Source: Bacteroidales bacterium (GTDB taxonomy: Bacteria; Bacteroidota; Bacteroidia; Bacteroidales; UBA6680). Taken from it: 64,000 nt of DNA. Shown piece by piece: positions 60,889 through 64,000 of this stretch. How positions within the stretch are numbered: position 1 is the first letter of the stretch; every line of letters begins with the position of its first letter. The DNA lies in NCBI GenBank assembly GCA_025210735.1, contig JAOARD010000047.1, positions 69,579 through 133,578 on the forward strand, in the 5' to 3' direction. The notes below the pieces were generated by a model. It searched no databases, had not been told where the DNA came from, and worked only from the letters and a program-made list of their open reading frames with translations. The position numbers and the translations under genes were made by a program.

Positions 60889-61040
60889 TGGATTTTTCGG
60901 ATTGTAATACTCTTTCGGACAATAAATGTATCAAATGCTATTTAATAAACAATAAAAGATTAAGTAAATGTTACGTATTAAACAAAAAGATACTGTGTAA
61001 CCATAGTTAAAAAACAGTTATAACTTTTTATTAAACCAAG

Positions 61041-61048
61041 TATATTTG
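61041..61048 (+). promoter_or_regulatory. Candidate -7 promoter box (TAtaTTTG).
   Basis: tatatttg lies upstream of the mnmC/D-like gene. Confidence 0.4.
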
Positions 61049-61159
61049 CAGTGTTGTTTACATATAAAGAAATTAGGAATGAGCTGATATGGTTACTCAC
61101 ACACGAGAATGATTAAATTATGCGAGTTCCATATGACCTTTAAAAACGAATTTAGACAT

Positions 61160-61822
61160 ATGAAACCAAGACTTATAAAGACCGAGGATGGGTCGCACAC
61201 ACTATATATTGAAGAGATGGATGAGCAGTACCACTCAATTCATGGTGCTATACAAGAGAGTAACCATGTATTTATTGAGGCTGGACTAAAGCATGTTGAG
61301 GATGAAAACATAGTGATATTTGAAGCCGGGTTTGGTACTGCTTTAAATGCTCTGCTTACATATGTATATGCAAAACATAATAATAAAAAGGTACACTTTC
61401 ATACTATTGAGTTGTACCCTATAGAGCAGAGTCATGTTGATGCTCTCAACTACCCTGAAGTACTTGGCGAGGAGTATCTGGATACCTTCAGAAAATTGCA
61501 TGGTGCCAAGTGGGATACCACAACTGTTATTGATGATATAATGACTATTACAAAGCACAATAAAGATCTTACCACATTTAAACATAGTGCTGTGTACAAC
61601 CTTATATATTTTGATGCCTTTGCCCCTGACAAACAGCCTCATCTGTGGACAGAAGATATATTTAACAATATTGCGCAAAACACATCTAAAAACGGTATAT
61701 TAACAACCTATTCTGCCAAGGGAGATGTAAGAAGGGCTCTTATGAAGGCTGGTTTTGAGATTGAGAGAATTCCGGGCTCTCCGGGTAAAAGGCAGATGAT
61801 GAGAGGTACTAAAACCGATTAA
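61160..61822 (+). CDS. tRNA (mnm5s2U34) methyltransferase, MnmC methyltransferase-domain / MnmD-like.
   Basis: It has 'TEDGSHTLY...EQYHSIHGAIQESNHVFI', 'IFEAGFGTALN' (SAM motif I) and 'IYFDAFAPDKQPHLWT'. I prefer the ATG at 61160 (MKPRLIKTEDGS). The tracked ORF begins at 61109. Confidence 0.75.
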   Translation: MKPRLIKTEDGSHTLYIEEMDEQYHSIHGAIQESNHVFIEAGLKHVEDENIVIFEAGFGTALNALLTYVYAKHNNKKVHFHTIELYPIEQSHVDALNYPEVLGEEYLDTFRKLHGAKWDTTTVIDDIMTITKHNKDLTTFKHSAVYNLIYFDAFAPDKQPHLWTEDIFNNIAQNTSKNGILTTYSAKGDVRRALMKAGFEIERIPGSPGKRQMMRGTKTD

Positions 61823-61841
61823 TCCTCTAATAAAAGACACT

Positions 61842-62174
61842 ATGGACAAAACAGAAAAACAGGAGATTATAGACAGACTTAATACAGAAAAGCAAAAGGT
61901 TGAGAAACGTATTGAGGAGTTAAAAGAGCTTACAAAACCAATATCACCTGAAAATGCAATTGGAAGAGTAAGCCGTATGGATGCTATAAATAACAAATCT
62001 ATAAACGAAGCTGCACTGAGAACAGCCGAGACAAAGCTTAAACGTATAAACTTTGCACTGAGCAGAACAGATGATCCAACATTTGGAACCTGCACTAGAT
62101 GCGGTAACCCTATACCTTTTGGCAGATTAATGGTTGTTCCGGGAAGTACAACCTGTGTAAAATGTAGTGGATAG
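61842..62174 (+). CDS. DksA/TraR-family C4 zinc-finger protein.
   Basis: 110 aa. A coiled-coil N-half is followed by 'GTCTRCGNPIPFGRLMVVPGSTTCVKCS' (CxxC-N17-CxxC). Confidence 0.8.
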   Translation: MDKTEKQEIIDRLNTEKQKVEKRIEELKELTKPISPENAIGRVSRMDAINNKSINEAALRTAETKLKRINFALSRTDDPTFGTCTRCGNPIPFGRLMVVPGSTTCVKCSG

Positions 62175-62267
62175 CAGTAAAACCTCTACCTATTACTATC
62201 TGACAATCTGAATAAAAAGAGCTTGTTTTAAGCATACGCTCATAATAGATATTCTATTAATTATAAG

Positions 62268-62328
62268 CCTGATAATATTGTTGATATTTGCTGAAACAGT
62301 AAAACGATAATATTATCAGGTTTTTTTT
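62268..62328 (+). terminator. Intrinsic terminator after the DksA/TraR gene.
   Basis: cctgataatatt (62268..62279) and aatattatcagg (62309..62320) form a perfect 12-bp stem with a 29-nt loop, followed by T8 at 62321..62328. Confidence 0.6.
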
Positions 62329-62380
62329 ATCATTTATCATAAATGATAGATATAATTATTGTTTTGTGTGATAAAAAGAA

Positions 62381-62388
62381 TAGTTTTG
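62381..62388 (+). promoter_or_regulatory. Candidate -7 promoter box (TAgtTTTG).
   Basis: tagttttg lies 35 nt upstream of the ATG at 62423. Confidence 0.4.
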
Positions 62389-62422
62389 CGCCGCTAATTT
62401 ATATTATAACTAGAGAAACGAA

Positions 62423-63001
62423 ATGGAAAACGCAACAACCTTTGTAAAAAAGGACACAACAGCTAATCCGGGACCTCTTGGTCTTTGCGGGTTTGGATTA
62501 ACAACAATCTTGCTTAACCTGCACAACGCAGGACTATTTGGTCTTGACACAATGATTCTTGCAATGGGAATCTTTATGGGTGGTCTTGTTCAGGTTTATG
62601 TTGGTAAAATGGAGTGGAAGAAAAACAACATGTTTGGTACAATGGCATTTACATCGTACGGAACATTCTGGTTAACTCTTGTATTCCTAATGATTATGCC
62701 AAAAATGGGACTTGGAGAAGCTCCGTCTAAGGTAGCTATGGGTTACTATCTTACTGTTTGGGGAGTTCTTTCACTAGGATTCTTTGTAGCTACACTTAAG
62801 CTAGGTAAGATGATGGCTGTTCTTTTTGGTACTGTAGTTCTGCTTTTTGCTCTTTTAGCAATTGCAAACTTTACAGGAAGTCACCTTGTTCATACTATTG
62901 CAGGTATTGAAGGTGTTATTTGTGGTTCTATAGCAGTTTATATGGCTATGGCACAACTTTTTGAGTCTGTTTACGGACGTCAAATCCTTCCGTTGAAGTA
63001 A
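62423..63001 (+). CDS. satP: Acetate/succinate uptake channel, GPR1/FUN34/YaaH (SatP) family.
   Basis: 192 aa with six TM segments. The N-terminal 'NPGPLGLCGFGLTTILLNLHNAG' is the family signature (NP.PLGL.GF..TT..L). Confidence 0.9.
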   Translation: MENATTFVKKDTTANPGPLGLCGFGLTTILLNLHNAGLFGLDTMILAMGIFMGGLVQVYVGKMEWKKNNMFGTMAFTSYGTFWLTLVFLMIMPKMGLGEAPSKVAMGYYLTVWGVLSLGFFVATLKLGKMMAVLFGTVVLLFALLAIANFTGSHLVHTIAGIEGVICGSIAVYMAMAQLFESVYGRQILPLK

Positions 63002-63029
63002 TCAACAGGTTGTTTTAAAGATATTCAGA

Positions 63030-63061
63030 GCCGTCCTTATTAAGTTAAGGGCGGTTTTTTT
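63030..63061 (+). terminator. Intrinsic terminator after satP.
   Basis: ccgtcctt / aagggcgg forms an 8-bp stem with one G-U pair, followed by T7. Confidence 0.65.
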
Positions 63062-63072
63062 ATACCTAAAAA

Positions 63073-63597
63073 TCAATCGCCGACAGGTATCGGTAAATCA
63101 TAAAAAGGATCGTGTCTTGAGTTCAGATCATTTAACAGACTATCATTAATTATTGTCAAGCTCCAACTTCCAAATTGGTTTCCTGAACCAAGTCTACATT
63201 TATCTAACTCAATATAATCTCCGTTAATGGTATCGTACCATTCGTACTGATAACAATTCCGGAAATCACCGATTCTCTTTCTGAAACGACACTCTGATAC
63301 AACATTTAGTAAAGAATTAATCTCTGATACAATAGAATCCGCCTGCTTATCATCAATACCAAACCACATAATATTCCATATTGTATCTGCTACAGCTCTG
63401 CATAAAAGATTTGAGTCTGCTTTGTGTTTAAGAAACTTGAACCTTCTCTCATCATCTATATTCACACAGTGCCATTCATCACTAACTCTGACACCTGTAG
63501 AATAATCACAACAATTAACCTTTATAACATCACTATTGTTACAACTCAAAAGCAAGGCTATAAATATTACGCTAATGAACCTGTTTACAACCTTCAC
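63073..63597 (-). CDS. Lipoprotein, function unknown.
   Basis: 174 aa. Lipobox 'LLLSC'. It is Cys-rich and I recognise no family. Confidence 0.55.
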   Translation of the reverse strand: MKVVNRFISVIFIALLLSCNNSDVIKVNCCDYSTGVRVSDEWHCVNIDDERRFKFLKHKADSNLLCRAVADTIWNIMWFGIDDKQADSIVSEINSLLNVVSECRFRKRIGDFRNCYQYEWYDTINGDYIELDKCRLGSGNQFGSWSLTIINDSLLNDLNSRHDPFYDLPIPVGD

Positions 63598-63619
63598 AAC
63601 TATTACTCCCTATAGCTTA

Positions 63620-63961
63620 TTATTTACTAACAACCTCCCAAACAACACTTACTGTAGAACTGCACTTTACTCTCTTTGGTTTTATTGTCAACCTTTTGTT
63701 CTTATTATAAATCTCATCCTCCTCTATAATATCATAATTTACAAATCCATATTTAGACTTTACAACTTTCTTAAAATCGAATTCCGAACTCTTTTCTTTT
63801 TTCTTCTTAGCCACAATATCAAACCCCAGTTTAGTTAGCCTTTTATTCACTCTGGTTTTCTGCTCCGGGCTCATAGAGAAATCAATATAACATTCAAAAT
63901 TAAAGCAATCTTCATTTGTTATATCAACTATGGTATTCAAATTTTCAGGAGTATTTTTCAT
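63620..63961 (-). CDS. Hypothetical small protein.
   Basis: 113-aa ORF with a Lys-rich middle and about 23% GC in the line I counted. I recognise no family. Confidence 0.45.
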   Translation of the reverse strand: MKNTPENLNTIVDITNEDCFNFECYIDFSMSPEQKTRVNKRLTKLGFDIVAKKKKEKSSEFDFKKVVKSKYGFVNYDIIEEDEIYNKNKRLTIKPKRVKCSSTVSVVWEVVSK

Positions 63962-64000
63962 CTTAACTTTAACAAAAACATATCCCAGATATCCTTTATT

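Noticed and set aside
61109-61159. The longer start (ATG at 61109) for the MnmC/D-like gene, and antisense ORFs 61343..61678 and 61700..62095.
   Set aside because: Homologous methyltransferase domains begin close to 'TEDGSHTLY', which favours the ATG at 61160, though 61109 is not excluded. The antisense ORFs overlap two well-supported plus-strand genes.

Overview
This is an AT-rich chromosomal segment, about 35% GC in the 60-nt lines I hand-counted, and it reads as Bacteroidota. Three proteins end in Por/T9SS C-terminal sorting domains. Several genes sit behind the Bacteroidetes TAnnTTTG -7 promoter box. Signal peptides are of the SpI 'A-Q' type or carry a lipobox.

I can support about 46 protein-coding genes, one riboswitch, and several intrinsic terminators and operator-like palindromes. 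I recognised no rRNA, tRNA, CRISPR array, transposase or integrase.

Most of the window is housekeeping or metabolic:
- queD/PTPS, a nitroreductase, a YjjG-type HAD and a YidE/YbjL-type transporter.
- An FNR-like reductase, rlmN, a TlpA-like thioredoxin, ggt and an M16 peptidase.
- A fused 2-oxoacid dehydrogenase E1 alpha/beta, dinB, mnmC/D-like, a DksA/TraR-family protein and satP.
- A galactoside locus: galK, a Na+/sugar symporter, a GntR-type regulator, lacZ, a GH63-like hydrolase and galM.

Four places deserve a second look:
1. 1..6860 (minus strand): a textbook cobalamin riboswitch leads an operon encoding a 1429-aa mosaic surface protein, a 486-aa T9SS protein and a TonB-dependent receptor. 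This looks like a corrinoid-capture apparatus exported by T9SS rather than built from lipoproteins.
2. 44279..48425 (minus strand): a tightly packed, permease-less operon. It encodes a cytoplasmic SBP-fold protein and an ABC ATPase that share an N-terminal DUF1858-like module, a HypB/UreG-like G3E GTPase, a four-Cys mini-protein and a SAM methyltransferase. An orphan ECF sigma factor lies upstream and a PepSY-TM protein downstream.
3. 20444..25227 (minus strand): a 1443-aa secreted protein with an Fn3 domain, a Gly/Ser linker and a zincin HExxH motif. Its C-terminal third drops to about 25% GC, and its stop is coupled (TAATG) to a small two-TM protein.
4. 7049..7646: three copies of a TATATTCCATGGAATATA-type operator in two adjacent promoter regions.

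All functional calls come from my own reading of motifs. No database search was run.
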